Source of the DNA: a phage
Assembly: GCA_024682255.1 (NCBI GenBank)
Contig: GCA_024682255.1_4716.1
DNA length: 64,000 bases
Direction: 5' to 3' (one strand)
The notes beneath the pieces are model-generated. The model made no database searches. It saw nothing but the letters and a program-made list of their open reading frames with translations, and had not been told where the DNA came from. Below, one piece after another: positions 29,865 through 40,450 of this stretch. Within the stretch, counting starts at the first letter, position 1; each line of letters opens with the position of its first letter. The translations under genes were made by a program, and so were the position numbers.

Positions 29865-29929
29865 AAATCCTCCAAAAGTTATTTAGTCTGTCTACATCAT
29901 CTCGTATATCTGTTAAAAAAGAAGGACGG

Positions 29930-29957
29930 CATAAAAAAGAACCGATCCAGCCGAAGC
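29930..29957 (-). terminator. rho-independent terminator
   Basis: AACCGATC ... GATCGGTT stem followed on minus strand by CTTTTTTAT. Confidence 0.55.
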
Positions 29958-30162
29958 CAGATCGGTTAAAAAGGATAATAACTGACAGAAAGATATCGAT
30001 GATGTTCGTGAAACAAGATCTTCTCTCGTGTACAATGATGCTAGATCAGAGGGAGGTTGTAGCACGAGAGGTGATTCGCCAAAGAAGGGATAAAAACACG
30101 AATCTATCTTATTTCACTGATGGCACTAACCACTCAAAATATATAGTACGGTATGTAAAAGT

Positions 30163-30576
30163 TTACTGATTAATCAAGTCGTTAGCAACAATCTTAGTGT
30201 AACCTGCCTGATTAAGAATCTGATTAATTTTCGTCACGTCGGTCGCATCCTCAATAACGATGCTGGGTTTATAGATCAGCGTCTTGGTAACGACGATTGT
30301 ACTCTCCTTAATCCAAGGAATCCCTAGAATCACATACTCACCATCGGCTGTAATGACCTCGACGTAATTGTATTTCGTCGGATCGTTCGGTACACTAGAC
30401 GGGAGCCGGGAATAAATCTGTTGGTGAATGGCGTCTACATCACGGCCGTTACGCACAGCCGTACGATAGTTGTACACGGCACTAATTTCTACTCCGTTGA
30501 AGTTAACCCCAAGTTCTGGGGCGTATACATCAAAACTCACAACAGAGCCAATCTTTTCTAAATCAGAAGCTGGCAT
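30163..30576 (-). CDS. hypothetical protein (137 aa)
   Basis: ORF followed by rho-independent terminator. Confidence 0.5.
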   Translation of the reverse strand: MPASDLEKIGSVVSFDVYAPELGVNFNGVEISAVYNYRTAVRNGRDVDAIHQQIYSRLPSSVPNDPTKYNYVEVITADGEYVILGIPWIKESTIVVTKTLIYKPSIVIEDATDVTKINQILNQAGYTKIVANDLINQ

Positions 30577-30591
30577 AATAGCATCCTTTAT

Positions 30592-31110
30592 TTAAAAAAT
30601 GTATTCGTATCCGAAGGTCGTCGCCGACCAGACCCGGATAGATGATAGTGTTCCGCCACGATAAAACGTTTTTGTGAATTCCATATCCTGGGCAACACGA
30701 TAATAAACACGTCCGATAATACGCACGATAAGGTTTCGTGATAACGATCTCTCCTCGCAGTACTCATCGATAAAGTCATCGTCGATATCCGATAAGACAA
30801 CATCTGCAATTTCTTGCAGTAGATTCCTCATCAGCATCTGCCTTCCTTCGGTACCCCACCCAGACAAACAGTAATCGTCTTCTGCCTGACTATAGATGTC
30901 GTTAACCGCCTGTTCGAGCAGTTGCTCAAGATAGTAGTCATCGCGTTTTATAACGTGGCGACGGCGCTCAGTGGCGTATTTTTCCATCCTGTGTTTCTCT
31001 TGTTCGGCGTATGTATTAACGACGCCACAGTCTTTTCTGGATCGTCCCACAATGCACGACGAAAACTGGATACTACCATAACGGTAGGATAAATTTGTAC
31101 AACCTCCCAT
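30592..31110 (-). CDS. hypothetical protein
   Basis: ORF; 5' end overlaps next ORF in another frame, true start probably internal (MEKYATERRR). Confidence 0.4.
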   Translation of the reverse strand: MGGCTNLSYRYGSIQFSSCIVGRSRKDCGVVNTYAEQEKHRMEKYATERRRHVIKRDDYYLEQLLEQAVNDIYSQAEDDYCLSGWGTEGRQMLMRNLLQEIADVVLSDIDDDFIDEYCEERSLSRNLIVRIIGRVYYRVAQDMEFTKTFYRGGTLSSIRVWSATTFGYEYIF

Positions 31111-31436
31111 CCGTAACGATGTGCGTTAGTCGTACGTCCGACATTGAACAGACATAGCTGATTTAAGAAACAGAGCTGCATCTTCGTAAACAACACCATG
31201 TCCTCACGTTTAACGTATCCGAGGATATACGCATTCTCGAACGCCTCGCGTGACAAGACGGGACGATTAAGATACCGCAACGCCAGTACCAACAACGTTG
31301 TTATGCGTAACGGATCTTCTGGGTCATTCATGGTACTCAGCTCTGCTTGTAACCAGTCAGGGATAGTAACCGTCAGACGATAGGTATCTGTTCCACGATC
31401 AACCACATTCAATGTTGAAAAAGGCAACATATCCAT
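30948..31436 (-). CDS. hypothetical protein (162 aa)
   Basis: ORF in overlapping cluster. Confidence 0.4.
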   Translation of the reverse strand: MDMLPFSTLNVVDRGTDTYRLTVTIPDWLQAELSTMNDPEDPLRITTLLVLALRYLNRPVLSREAFENAYILGYVKREDMVLFTKMQLCFLNQLCLFNVGRTTNAHRYGWEVVQIYPTVMVVSSFRRALWDDPEKTVASLIHTPNKRNTGWKNTPLSAVATL

Positions 31437-31974
31437 GAATTCCTTCTAGCTCGAGGTTGTTCTCGCCGGTCTTCGGTAATAACCCACTGGCCGTTAACAT
31501 CTGTGTCATCGAGTAGTCAAAGCACGGAAATATCAGATTAACGGTTTCCTGGATCGCGTCAACATAACTATAAATGGCTTCATAATACTCACCGTCATGA
31601 TCTACGCTAACCAGTTCCTGACACAGTTCTTCGCTTATCATTTCATATACCGGTGGATACCACGATTGAAATGGTCGCTGCATGCGTAACGACCAGTACT
31701 CATACGTCGTATACTGAAGCACGTCATATGCCGATACGTTAATGCGGTCGAAGAAAGCATACTTGTCCATATGCTGATACAACATCGCCAGCACGGTTTC
31801 CAAGCACACCGATATCCGCACGCCGTCATCTTTCCCATTAAGAAAATTAGGTTTCTGCCGATAACGCACAAACGCCGACGGCTTTGATTGCATTATTCCA
31901 CCACCAACCATAACGTCATACTCGTATCTAACGTAAAATTGAAATGCCACCAATCTTCTACACGTGGAATCCAC
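31399..31974 (-). CDS. hypothetical protein (191 aa)
   Basis: ORF in overlapping cluster. Confidence 0.45.
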   Translation of the reverse strand: MDSTCRRLVAFQFYVRYEYDVMVGGGIMQSKPSAFVRYRQKPNFLNGKDDGVRISVCLETVLAMLYQHMDKYAFFDRINVSAYDVLQYTTYEYWSLRMQRPFQSWYPPVYEMISEELCQELVSVDHDGEYYEAIYSYVDAIQETVNLIFPCFDYSMTQMLTASGLLPKTGENNLELEGIHGYVAFFNIECG

Positions 31975-32576
31975 GTACGAAGGATTTGGTTAACTTCGCT
32001 TCGCATCACCGATAAACGACAACGAAAATCGAACTTCTCATCATGGCCGTAGTCTTCATGCATGAAAACTTCATCCAGAACGAACTCAAGTTGCATGTCG
32101 ACATCACGACCAGAGATATTCCGTTTGTACAAATACAGTTCAATCGTGTCGTAAAGCAACGTATGAATATCATAATTTCCGTTCGGTGAGAAATAAGGCA
32201 ATCGCTCATCGAGCATCGTAAACAGATATTCGCTGTAGTTTAATAACGGGATGATGTACCGACGCCCTGTCTGTGGTGTGCGAATATGTATCGAAACCTG
32301 ACTTGGGCGCGGAATAACCGACGGCTTAGAATCGTCTCTCTGAAATTGCTCTAAAGATCGCAACAAAGGTGGCCGCATTGTAACTCTCCAACGCCCAATT
32401 GTAAGGCCCTTCCAACATGTGTTCCCATACGTGAATAAACTCACTACCGAAGACAGGCTCCAGCGCCATGGTGAGATTCGTAAGTTCTGACGCGGCCGCA
32501 TGGTAAGCATCAACATGTCTTTCCATTGACGGATCGTCTTCATTGAAAATACGTTCTGTGTCGCCAGCCCGTTCAA
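31893..32576 (-). CDS. hypothetical protein (227 aa)
   Basis: ORF; start abuts stop of upstream ORF. Confidence 0.45.
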   Translation of the reverse strand: MNGLATQNVFSMKTIRQWKDMLMLTMRPRQNLRISPWRWSLSSVVSLFTYGNTCWKGLTIGRWRVTMRPPLLRSLEQFQRDDSKPSVIPRPSQVSIHIRTPQTGRRYIIPLLNYSEYLFTMLDERLPYFSPNGNYDIHTLLYDTIELYLYKRNISGRDVDMQLEFVLDEVFMHEDYGHDEKFDFRCRLSVMRSEVNQILRTWIPRVEDWWHFNFTLDTSMTLWLVVE

Positions 32577-33550
32577 TAAGTTCGGTAATGAGATCTGTCC
32601 ATGTCTCGTGACACGTCATCATTTCCTGTTCTCGACTTAGTATGCCGATGTCTGCGTGGACGCTGGACTCGAACCGGTCTAAAAGGACCCGAAGAACGTG
32701 CACCTTGTCGATGTATTTCACCGTTATCCAAGAAAGCGGTTGCCACCGACTCAGCATCCATCCGGTACTCGGGAACCCCAAACTCATATAGTACGGGTTG
32801 CACCGGACCGAAGACGGAGCGGCGTTGTTTAAATCGCTCCTTAAGGGCAAGGCCTTGTTTAATATAAACGGGTTCATTGGCGAGTTGTTCCGCTTTTCGT
32901 TTTGCGTGAGCCAATCGAAGTTCTTCCAATTGCCCAAGCCATTCAAATTGTTCATCTGTTAGCTCCTGGGGACGTTCAACAATCGCGCCAGACGGGCAGA
33001 TATTGATCGTAATGTTAATTGACGGCATCGCCATCACTCGAGGATTACTATTACGTACACGGACAACGTGTTCGGTTGCTGATTTACGATCGACGCAATA
33101 CTCTGTTTCTTGGAACTCAAATGCTTTTAACGGCGTTGGTTTTGTTTGACGTTTAGGAACGCGGCCAAGATCAACAATATAGGCATAATCGCACACACGT
33201 TCTATTCCGTAAATACGGTTATCCGACCAGTTCTTACCAAACAGCTTATTGTGATGATAAGACAGATATTCGGTTACCATACCCTGGACAACATCGAAGT
33301 CTTCTCGAAATTCAGGTTGGTACCAAATCGGGCCGAGAATATCTGCGAACGATTCATGACGATATCGAGGATCATGTCGAGTCCAGGTCATTCTCTGATT
33401 AAGATCGAAATCCACCAACAGCTCGGTTAATTGCAATTTTTCCTTCGGAGAAAGCTGGCGTTGATGATGCAAACTCAGACAATCGATAAGCGGTAATGAA
33501 ACCCACGATGCTAATGTGTACAAATCGATCCTGGCTAATCTCTTGGTCAT
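32573..33550 (-). CDS. hypothetical protein (325 aa)
   Basis: Long ORF. Confidence 0.5.
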   Translation of the reverse strand: MTKRLARIDLYTLASWVSLPLIDCLSLHHQRQLSPKEKLQLTELLVDFDLNQRMTWTRHDPRYRHESFADILGPIWYQPEFREDFDVVQGMVTEYLSYHHNKLFGKNWSDNRIYGIERVCDYAYIVDLGRVPKRQTKPTPLKAFEFQETEYCVDRKSATEHVVRVRNSNPRVMAMPSINITINICPSGAIVERPQELTDEQFEWLGQLEELRLAHAKRKAEQLANEPVYIKQGLALKERFKQRRSVFGPVQPVLYEFGVPEYRMDAESVATAFLDNGEIHRQGARSSGPFRPVRVQRPRRHRHTKSRTGNDDVSRDMDRSHYRTY

Positions 33551-33641
33551 ACTCTTTTCCTAAGTCCCCATTGTTTATACACACGATATCTGGGAATAGT
33601 TAAAATATACGGCGTAAAACGAAGCAGGAGAGTTTCTGACG

Positions 33642-33962
33642 TCATTTTCTCCCTCTTCGAATACCACCGATACCTCTTTCGTCTAAGACGTCCCAAGCAC
33701 GCTTTATTTCATCCTCCGTTGCTCTGGTATCTGGAGGGACAACCATAACACAGTCGTGGAATGGCCAATGTGCAGGTCTGGGGTTAGCGAACAAATCATC
33801 CCATTCAAATGTCCATTCTTTCTTTGAGCGATTGTAGTAGAGCGTAAGGTACGTGTTGGTATATGCTGGATAACCACGCATAACTTCAATATCCTTACGA
33901 TCTTGCCGTTCCTGATTCCAATCGTTAAACCGCTTTCTTATTTTCTCCCACCATTTTCCCAT
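33642..33962 (-). CDS. hypothetical protein (106 aa)
   Basis: ORF in minus-strand array. Confidence 0.45.
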   Translation of the reverse strand: MGKWWEKIRKRFNDWNQERQDRKDIEVMRGYPAYTNTYLTLYYNRSKKEWTFEWDDLFANPRPAHWPFHDCVMVVPPDTRATEDEIKRAWDVLDERGIGGIRRGRK

Positions 33963-34015
33963 GCTTTCTCCTACGCGGCATAAAAGCCTGCCCCGAAGGA
34001 CAGGCTCGATAGAAC

Positions 34016-34216
34016 TTAACGACCATCCAATTTCAATGAAGGATGGTTGACGATATGTGCGTGTTTTGCTGGGTCATATAGCTGATATGGAAAATAGCCA
34101 TGCCATTGACGGCCTTGGCATTTCGTACACAAGAACTGACCAGCAGCTTGTCGATTCTCGTAAGCGAGTTCGGTACTATCAACATGACCGCAACGTTCGC
34201 AGATAAACAGCGACAT
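34016..34216 (-). CDS. small Zn-ribbon protein (66 aa)
   Basis: CERCGH ... CTKCQG paired Cys motifs. Confidence 0.4.
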   Translation of the reverse strand: MSLFICERCGHVDSTELAYENRQAAGQFLCTKCQGRQWHGYFPYQLYDPAKHAHIVNHPSLKLDGR

Positions 34217-34253
34217 AGCGCATCCCCATTCACTTGAACCTTTTGGTTCGGCA

Positions 34254-35234
34254 TTAGAAAAGCAAGAAACCGCTATTCTTCGCTTCCGCTACAGTTTCGT
34301 CACCAACTTTCGGTGCTTGTTGACGTGCGTTACGATGTTCGATGTAACGTTTCGCTTCGTCCGCGATCTGTTTGATAATACCCCCTAAACGATCGGTACT
34401 TAAAACAAACGACGTCGCTTCACGAATTGGGCTGCTTTCAGGCACAAAACCATCACAGCTGTAAATAGCGCTAACACCCATGACTTTGGTCGCGTCTTTC
34501 GGATAAAGCGTACAGAAAGCAATCGGGCTATCGTTCTCTTTCGTCCAATCGTATCCCATGAACGTATTCAGTTCGGTGATCGTTGGTTCCAAACCGGTAA
34601 CACGTGGATGGTTTAAGAAGTTTTCCAGGTCGGCGCTGTCAAGACGGCGGTTCTCGCCAGAAAACAGAACACAAAGCTGGCTGATAACAACCTGCACGTC
34701 CAGGTTGACATCCTGCTCCGATTTCCCATTTTCGCCATTCATGTGATAGCTAACAATCACTGGACGTTTCAACCCTTCTGCAGCAGCCATCAGTCCTTTG
34801 AAGGTGCGATCGGCGTTGATGGTTTGGCGTTCATCATCGAACGAGGCGACGATACAACACACCACACGTTCACCGCGTTCCAGCAGATTAGCAACCAACG
34901 CAGGACCGGCAACAGAACCTGAACCACCGCTCAAACTAAAGACCACGATATTAAATTTACCTGGTGTATGCTTATTGAGAATACCTGGGATTTGCGAGCA
35001 GATCAGTTCAGCGTTCTCGTCACGCTTCTTACCGGAACCGTCTAACTCACGACCAGCTGCATCTTTAAAGATGTAAATATGATCGTCGCCCAGTGTGCTA
35101 TCGCGTAGGTTAGCGCGGCTGGTATCAACATACGTCATGCTGTGTAATCCTTTCGCGACTTCGCCTTCAAATGCTGAGCCGATTTCGCCACCACAACCAC
35201 CAACAGCCCAAATATGTACTTGGTTCTCTTGCAT
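34254..35234 (-). CDS. phuZ: tubulin/FtsZ-like GTPase (PhuZ-like)
   Basis: 326 aa; N-terminal VGGCGGEIGSAF and tubulin signature SLSGGSGSVAGPAL ([SAG]GGTG[SA]G-like); size matches phage PhuZ proteins. Confidence 0.7.
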   Translation of the reverse strand: MQENQVHIWAVGGCGGEIGSAFEGEVAKGLHSMTYVDTSRANLRDSTLGDDHIYIFKDAAGRELDGSGKKRDENAELICSQIPGILNKHTPGKFNIVVFSLSGGSGSVAGPALVANLLERGERVVCCIVASFDDERQTINADRTFKGLMAAAEGLKRPVIVSYHMNGENGKSEQDVNLDVQVVISQLCVLFSGENRRLDSADLENFLNHPRVTGLEPTITELNTFMGYDWTKENDSPIAFCTLYPKDATKVMGVSAIYSCDGFVPESSPIREATSFVLSTDRLGGIIKQIADEAKRYIEHRNARQQAPKVGDETVAEAKNSGFLLF

Positions 35235-35298
35235 GTGAACTCCTAACTTAATATGTATTTAACGCACAATGAATCTTTCTTTGCTAAAGGGGTGACCC

Positions 35299-36141
35299 AT
35301 GGGTGCTATTGACTACAGTGTAGATCGTATCTGTCGTACAATACCGGCAGATATCCTACAGTATTGCTATATCGATCGTTACGACTGGCGTAATCGCTAT
35401 CCTCGTTCCGTAGAAGACATCATTACCGATTGGGTAATCCGTAAACGGGTTATCGGCGACATCGATATCTACGGGGGACTACAAACCGTTATCCCCCTCG
35501 ATGATGCCGGTGTCACTATCGAAGAAGTCACCATTAACTGTTATGTTTTCCACATCCCGTTGGAAGCCACACAGGGACGTTATATCACGTCTGCATTATC
35601 CATTATTTCAGGGAGCGTGAACAACTACGGAATAAACTATAACGGGCAATGGGGTGCTTTCAACCAAACCCAGTTTCAACGTCAGCTTTGTGGGTGGAAC
35701 CCCGCAAGCAACACGTTACAGCAAGGGATGAACGCGTTCGGTCCCATGAACGTTCTTAGTACAGCCAACGTTGATATCATCGCCCCTAACACCATCATGG
35801 TGAACAACGTCACGCCTGTACAATTTCCCCTGAGTCTACGTTGTTTCCTTGCCCACGATCCGGAACTTACCAACCTCAGCATGGAGGTTTGGAACGACTT
35901 TTACAAACTCTGTTTATACGCCACACAAAGCGACATCTACAACAGAACCGTTATCCGTCTTGACAGAGGTGTTACAGCACAAGGACAAGAAGTCGGTGCA
36001 TTCAAGGAATACATCGATCGCTTTGCTGATGCTGAAAACACATATCAAGAATTCCTGAACGAAACGTGGGCGGGCGTTGCTGCCTGGAACGATCCACAAA
36101 CTAAACGTCGCGCTATTCGTTTGCAAACCGGTTACTTCTGA
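35299..36141 (+). CDS. hypothetical protein (280 aa)
   Basis: Plus-strand ORF divergent from phuZ. Confidence 0.5.
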   Translation: MGAIDYSVDRICRTIPADILQYCYIDRYDWRNRYPRSVEDIITDWVIRKRVIGDIDIYGGLQTVIPLDDAGVTIEEVTINCYVFHIPLEATQGRYITSALSIISGSVNNYGINYNGQWGAFNQTQFQRQLCGWNPASNTLQQGMNAFGPMNVLSTANVDIIAPNTIMVNNVTPVQFPLSLRCFLAHDPELTNLSMEVWNDFYKLCLYATQSDIYNRTVIRLDRGVTAQGQEVGAFKEYIDRFADAENTYQEFLNETWAGVAAWNDPQTKRRAIRLQTGYF

Positions 36142-36749
36142 TTAACAACAGCTTCCTCCCTCGGTGTTTTTGAGGGAGGTATTTGCCGCTTGAACACTTT
36201 CAGCACGTTCGCAAATTCAGCAGCAATAATACAGGCCGAGGTTGATAGCTTATTGCTGAAAATGAGATCGTCCGGTAAACAATCGAACTGAATACCGTAT
36301 TGCGTCTTTGTCTCATCAACGATCAATGATGGTGTCGATCTTGTCTTCGCGATATCGGTGATATACAAACGTAAAAATAATTCACCGTCTTCGCTATCCA
36401 TAAAACGATAGGTGTTACCAGAAAACGCAACACATGGCGTAACGATAAATTGAACACGATCGTCGATCGGATGGATATTTAACCAACGTTCGATATCACT
36501 GCTACTCACATTCCGCATATTTACTACGGTAAAAGCAAATAGCGTATCGTGATGTTTGGAATAATGCAGCACATACGCCGCACCTTTCTTCCTGTGAATC
36601 CCTTCAATGTATTCTATTGTCGTATAGCCGGATTTATATAGCTTTACTTGCGGTTTCTCACTCATCATAACAACCCTTCCCGTTTCATCGCAGCACGCAT
36701 ACTTGCGTAAAGCGCATTCTTCATTGCACCTGGACGCAACGGATAACAA
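36132..36749 (-). CDS. hypothetical protein (205 aa)
   Basis: ORF in minus-strand array. Confidence 0.45.
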   Translation of the reverse strand: MLSVASRCNEECALRKYACCDETGRVVMMSEKPQVKLYKSGYTTIEYIEGIHRKKGAAYVLHYSKHHDTLFAFTVVNMRNVSSSDIERWLNIHPIDDRVQFIVTPCVAFSGNTYRFMDSEDGELFLRLYITDIAKTRSTPSLIVDETKTQYGIQFDCLPDDLIFSNKLSTSACIIAAEFANVLKVFKRQIPPSKTPREEAVVNQK

Positions 36750-36964
36750 ATCTCATATCGACGTCCTTGTTTTACAGCAATTTTCCTTCCATTCAGAAAC
36801 AACGTGCCATTATCCAGCAACAACTCACCTTGTAGTATCATGAGTCCTGCTTTAACATGACGTCCTTCTTCTTTCGTTAAGACCTTATAGCCATGTTTAT
36901 CCAATAACCACAATTCGTAGATACCACGCGCAGCCTTCGGCATTACTTTCTTCTTCGTCGTCAT
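36665..36964 (-). CDS. hypothetical protein (99 aa)
   Basis: ORF; overlaps downstream ORF by 85 nt. Confidence 0.4.
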   Translation of the reverse strand: MTTKKKVMPKAARGIYELWLLDKHGYKVLTKEEGRHVKAGLMILQGELLLDNGTLFLNGRKIAVKQGRRYEICYPLRPGAMKNALYASMRAAMKREGLL

Positions 36965-36976
36965 GGAAGATCCTCC

Positions 36977-37351
36977 TTAAACTCCTTGTCGGATCATCAC
37001 CAACCGGAGCATGTTGTATTCCAATGTAGCGCTTTCTAATTCGAATTCATATCGATACCAGAAATTCGGCTCTAATTGACCTACAACACATTTACGAACA
37101 TCTGTCTGCACCTTCCTCGACAACACCTGTAACAGTTGTGTTATCTCCGGCTTGAAGTAATACGCCAAACCTAACTGATCAGAATAAAACAGGCCACAAT
37201 CAAAGATGGCCTGTAAAATAACATATTCAACCATCAGGTGACGCGCATCGGGGTCAGGGAATGGCGAACGTAAAGCGAGGTCTAACACATCGACGATTGG
37301 GCCGACATAAATGGCGGCGCGGTACTCACGAATAACACTGATGTTATCCAT
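36977..37351 (-). CDS. hypothetical protein (124 aa)
   Basis: ORF in minus-strand array. Confidence 0.45.
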   Translation of the reverse strand: MDNISVIREYRAAIYVGPIVDVLDLALRSPFPDPDARHLMVEYVILQAIFDCGLFYSDQLGLAYYFKPEITQLLQVLSRKVQTDVRKCVVGQLEPNFWYRYEFELESATLEYNMLRLVMIRQGV

Positions 37352-37364
37352 GGTAGCCTATTCA

Positions 37365-38189
37365 TTAACTATCGCTTTCTGATGTATCGACGTAGTTGAA
37401 AATACGATCCCGTAAACACTCGTAACGAGGCAACGCGCTAAGAATGATCATCTTCAACTGCATCGCGATCGATATGCGTTCTTCATCCGATGCATCATCT
37501 CCCCATTTACCCGGCTTAACCTGAATAGGTTCATGCGGATCCTGCGGGAATATAAAACTTAACAACAGATAATCCGTGCGGAACTCCCACACTTCTCGAC
37601 CGTCGTTATCGGTTTCTTTACGCAACGTGAAGAGTTGACGTTCGGTGGTTGGATCCAGCATCAGCGGTCGACCACGAACGATCTCCAGTTTACGTGGGCT
37701 GACGAACGTCGTACGTTCAGGAAGGTATTTTTCAACATCATCCGTATCCAACAAGAACAAAATGATGTCGTCGAAATACTTCGGTGCGTACGTGTGTATC
37801 GGTTCACCGTCGCTATACGAAGAGATCTCTTGGAGTATTGGTGTCTTAGACGAAAAGTTCTGGCATGAACCACGGGTGATCGGTAAGGTGGTCCATTGAT
37901 GTTCTGTAGACAATTCAACAGGCACCAACGGATAATCATCGATGAATACCACACACGTTGTACTAATGGGTATTCTTCCATCATTGCCGGGTTCAAAAAC
38001 CAAACGTATCTTACCAGTAATCAGCGCCATCTCGTCCGGCATTAAATGGCTTGCTGACCGGGCAAGTCTGAAACCGGCCGCCTGTTTATAAGGTTCAGGT
38101 TTATAGCCACGGACAATAAGAGAGACATCCGCAAGTTCAACGCTCACGAATACATCTTTGGTGTCTTCATTGTTCGTCGTTAACGTCAT
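37365..38189 (-). CDS. hypothetical protein (274 aa)
   Basis: ORF in minus-strand array. Confidence 0.5.
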   Translation of the reverse strand: MTLTTNNEDTKDVFVSVELADVSLIVRGYKPEPYKQAAGFRLARSASHLMPDEMALITGKIRLVFEPGNDGRIPISTTCVVFIDDYPLVPVELSTEHQWTTLPITRGSCQNFSSKTPILQEISSYSDGEPIHTYAPKYFDDIILFLLDTDDVEKYLPERTTFVSPRKLEIVRGRPLMLDPTTERQLFTLRKETDNDGREVWEFRTDYLLLSFIFPQDPHEPIQVKPGKWGDDASDEERISIAMQLKMIILSALPRYECLRDRIFNYVDTSESDS

Positions 38190-39204
38190 TGTTCATTTTC
38201 TCCATTGCAACGAATCGTTCAAGCTCGCGTAATAAACGCTCTTTTAACGCAGGATCAACTTCCGGAGCATGTTTATCACGATACCACTCTGTCCCGTTGT
38301 ATTGCAGGCTAACATGCCATGTTCCTAACGGGCTTTCCTCTGCAGCAGCGATGAAATTCTTAACGCCGGTTTTGGTAGGATACTCCATGATAGGAACGGC
38401 CTGCTTCAGATCCATTACGGTAAGATCCTGGAAGTTATAATCCAGAAGCGTTAATGCGCGTTTGTCGCGTAGCAGTAGCCCGCAATCTAAGATGGTGAAA
38501 TCGATACCCCAGAAACGTAACTTGCCTCCAACTCCAACAGGAGTGTGGCCACGATAAACCGCGAGATAAATCTCACCTTTATCGGTTTCCTTGTTGTACC
38601 CAGCAATGAACGCCGCTGTAATTAATGGTTGATGTCCTTTCGCTAAGAAGACAGGGTGGTTATGATACAACCAGTCACTACGAATCAGATCGGTAACCTG
38701 ACCTAAACGTGCTGTTGGTACCATCACCGATCCCAGAGTCTCATCAACAGGAACCTCGTAATATTCAAACAGAACGCCATCGATTTCTTCGGTAGCGTAA
38801 GGCGTACGTGTAGGATCGTTAAGGAGTTTACGGAGTTTTGTGTCGATTTCGTTAACACGGCTACCCTGTTCTTTCTCACGACTACCGATAACAAAAGCAA
38901 CAAGATTGCGCACGCTAACAAAAACATCATCTTTCTCGGTGTCGCTGAGATCAGCTTCATCCGGCATTGTTGTCCAATGTAACGGACCTTCAACGACCTT
39001 AAGCCATTTATCTTCACGTTCAGGATAAACAAAAGGCTTATGCACAGGAACACTGGTATGCTGAACCCGTAATAACAGGTTACATAACGATGGCAATGTT
39101 TTCTCCAGAGGAGGGACAATACCTGATGTAACGGAAATAACGTAACGATTAAGAACAAGAGAAGCTGAATAGGTGATGTTATCTAATCCTGGTAATTGAT
39201 CCAT
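38167..39204 (-). CDS. hypothetical protein (345 aa)
   Basis: ORF in minus-strand array. Confidence 0.5.
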   Translation of the reverse strand: MDQLPGLDNITYSASLVLNRYVISVTSGIVPPLEKTLPSLCNLLLRVQHTSVPVHKPFVYPEREDKWLKVVEGPLHWTTMPDEADLSDTEKDDVFVSVRNLVAFVIGSREKEQGSRVNEIDTKLRKLLNDPTRTPYATEEIDGVLFEYYEVPVDETLGSVMVPTARLGQVTDLIRSDWLYHNHPVFLAKGHQPLITAAFIAGYNKETDKGEIYLAVYRGHTPVGVGGKLRFWGIDFTILDCGLLLRDKRALTLLDYNFQDLTVMDLKQAVPIMEYPTKTGVKNFIAAAEESPLGTWHVSLQYNGTEWYRDKHAPEVDPALKERLLRELERFVAMEKMNNDVNDEQ

Positions 39205-39462
39205 GATAAGAATCCTTAGTATGTTTGATATGTTGTTTAATTAACATATTAAGTTTAAAAGAGGTTATGTTTTACGTATTGTTAATAACGTATTCTTATC
39301 TCTATTAGGTTATGTTCTATCTAAAGATAGTAAACAGATATAATGCTCCCCACCTCCCCATTCTCCCAAGTAATACTGGCCTACCGGCCCTCTCCTTTTT
39401 AAGGGAGAGAGTAAGCATTCAGTATTGCTCAAATGAATAAGCAAAACAGTATAAACTTACCG

Positions 39463-39488
39463 TCTCGAGTTGTCTCGAGACGGTGTAG
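39463..39488. terminator. perfect palindromic hairpin (terminator-like)
   Basis: ACCGTCTCGAG-TTG-TCTCGAGACGGT in a 308-nt AT-rich intergenic region. Confidence 0.4.
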
Positions 39489-39512
39489 TAGTATCTGTTT
39501 ATCTCTTTTATG

Positions 39513-39866
39513 TTAACAGCCTATTTCTGCATGAACCTTTAACGATTCGAATACATCTTCCTTCTTTATCATCGTCTTGTATAAACGTGATTGAGCAATG
39601 ATCTTTATCCATTGTTGCGGATCGTGTAAACTCACATTTTCAAAACGGGGTGGGGTATTAGCTCCATCGAGTCGGATGTACCCTAAGAGCAATCCTTCAT
39701 GGTCTCCTCGACGGATTTCGATATGTGGTTTGAGGAAGGTATGATTGTCTGGTGGATACCAGCTTACGGTGTAGTAATGGTTTCCTGAAACAACGAATTC
39801 GTGAACGGTTTTTGTTTCATCATCAATGACCGCATTTACGCTGGGAATCATTAATTTTTGAAGCAC
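39513..39866 (-). CDS. hypothetical protein (117 aa)
   Basis: ORF in minus-strand array. Confidence 0.45.
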   Translation of the reverse strand: MLQKLMIPSVNAVIDDETKTVHEFVVSGNHYYTVSWYPPDNHTFLKPHIEIRRGDHEGLLLGYIRLDGANTPPRFENVSLHDPQQWIKIIAQSRLYKTMIKKEDVFESLKVHAEIGC

Positions 39867-40450
39867 GGGACATAAACCTCCATCAACATCGCATAAAGCG
39901 CACCAAGCCCATGCAGGACTTGGTTAGGTGCAAAGGTCGGTGCGTAACATACTTGTTCGGTTGGTGCTTGCTGACGTAAGTCTAACGGATCCCCGTTGAT
40001 AAGCATCTGTAGGAGATCAGCATCATCTTGCAATGTGTCTTCATCGATGTATGCGTCAACACAAAGCAGTCGGTGTAACTGTTCTGGTTTAATTGAAATA
40101 CCTACAACCATGCAGTTGTTGTAGGTGGCGTTGTCCAGAAAGAAGTGGATGACGCCCGCTTGAGGATCGCCACCGTAATGGAGCCAACGCGTAAAACCGG
40201 CCGACATCATCCATAGCGGGTTGTGTTGTAACGCGCTGACGACGCGGGTCTCGAAATCCAAACCAAACTTCTGGAAGATCGCACCCATCTGGAAACGATC
40301 TTCATCGAGACGGTAGCGGAATATACAAGCATCCGATCCCGTTGAGTTATCATACACCGAAAGATACCCACGATGGATTTCCACGGTAACATTGTTGTCG
40401 TCAAGCGTAGCGCTCGCAACGCCGTTAGAAAAGGTTGGAACAAAGCTCAT
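39851..40450 (-). CDS. hypothetical protein (199 aa)
   Basis: ORF in minus-strand array. Confidence 0.45.
   Translation of the reverse strand: MSFVPTFSNGVASATLDDNNVTVEIHRGYLSVYDNSTGSDACIFRYRLDEDRFQMGAIFQKFGLDFETRVVSALQHNPLWMMSAGFTRWLHYGGDPQAGVIHFFLDNATYNNCMVVGISIKPEQLHRLLCVDAYIDEDTLQDDADLLQMLINGDPLDLRQQAPTEQVCYAPTFAPNQVLHGLGALYAMLMEVYVPCFKN

Noticed and set aside
29865-30162. tRNA or small RNA gene in the 300-nt intergenic gaps (also 39205-39512)
   Set aside because: No tRNA-like T-arm (GTTCRANYC) or cloverleaf-compatible sequence seen; regions look like terminator plus AT-rich promoter DNA
32326-32955. 209-aa ORF as a gene
   Set aside because: Overlaps two abutting ORFs (32573-33550 and 31893-32576) in a third frame; probably spurious
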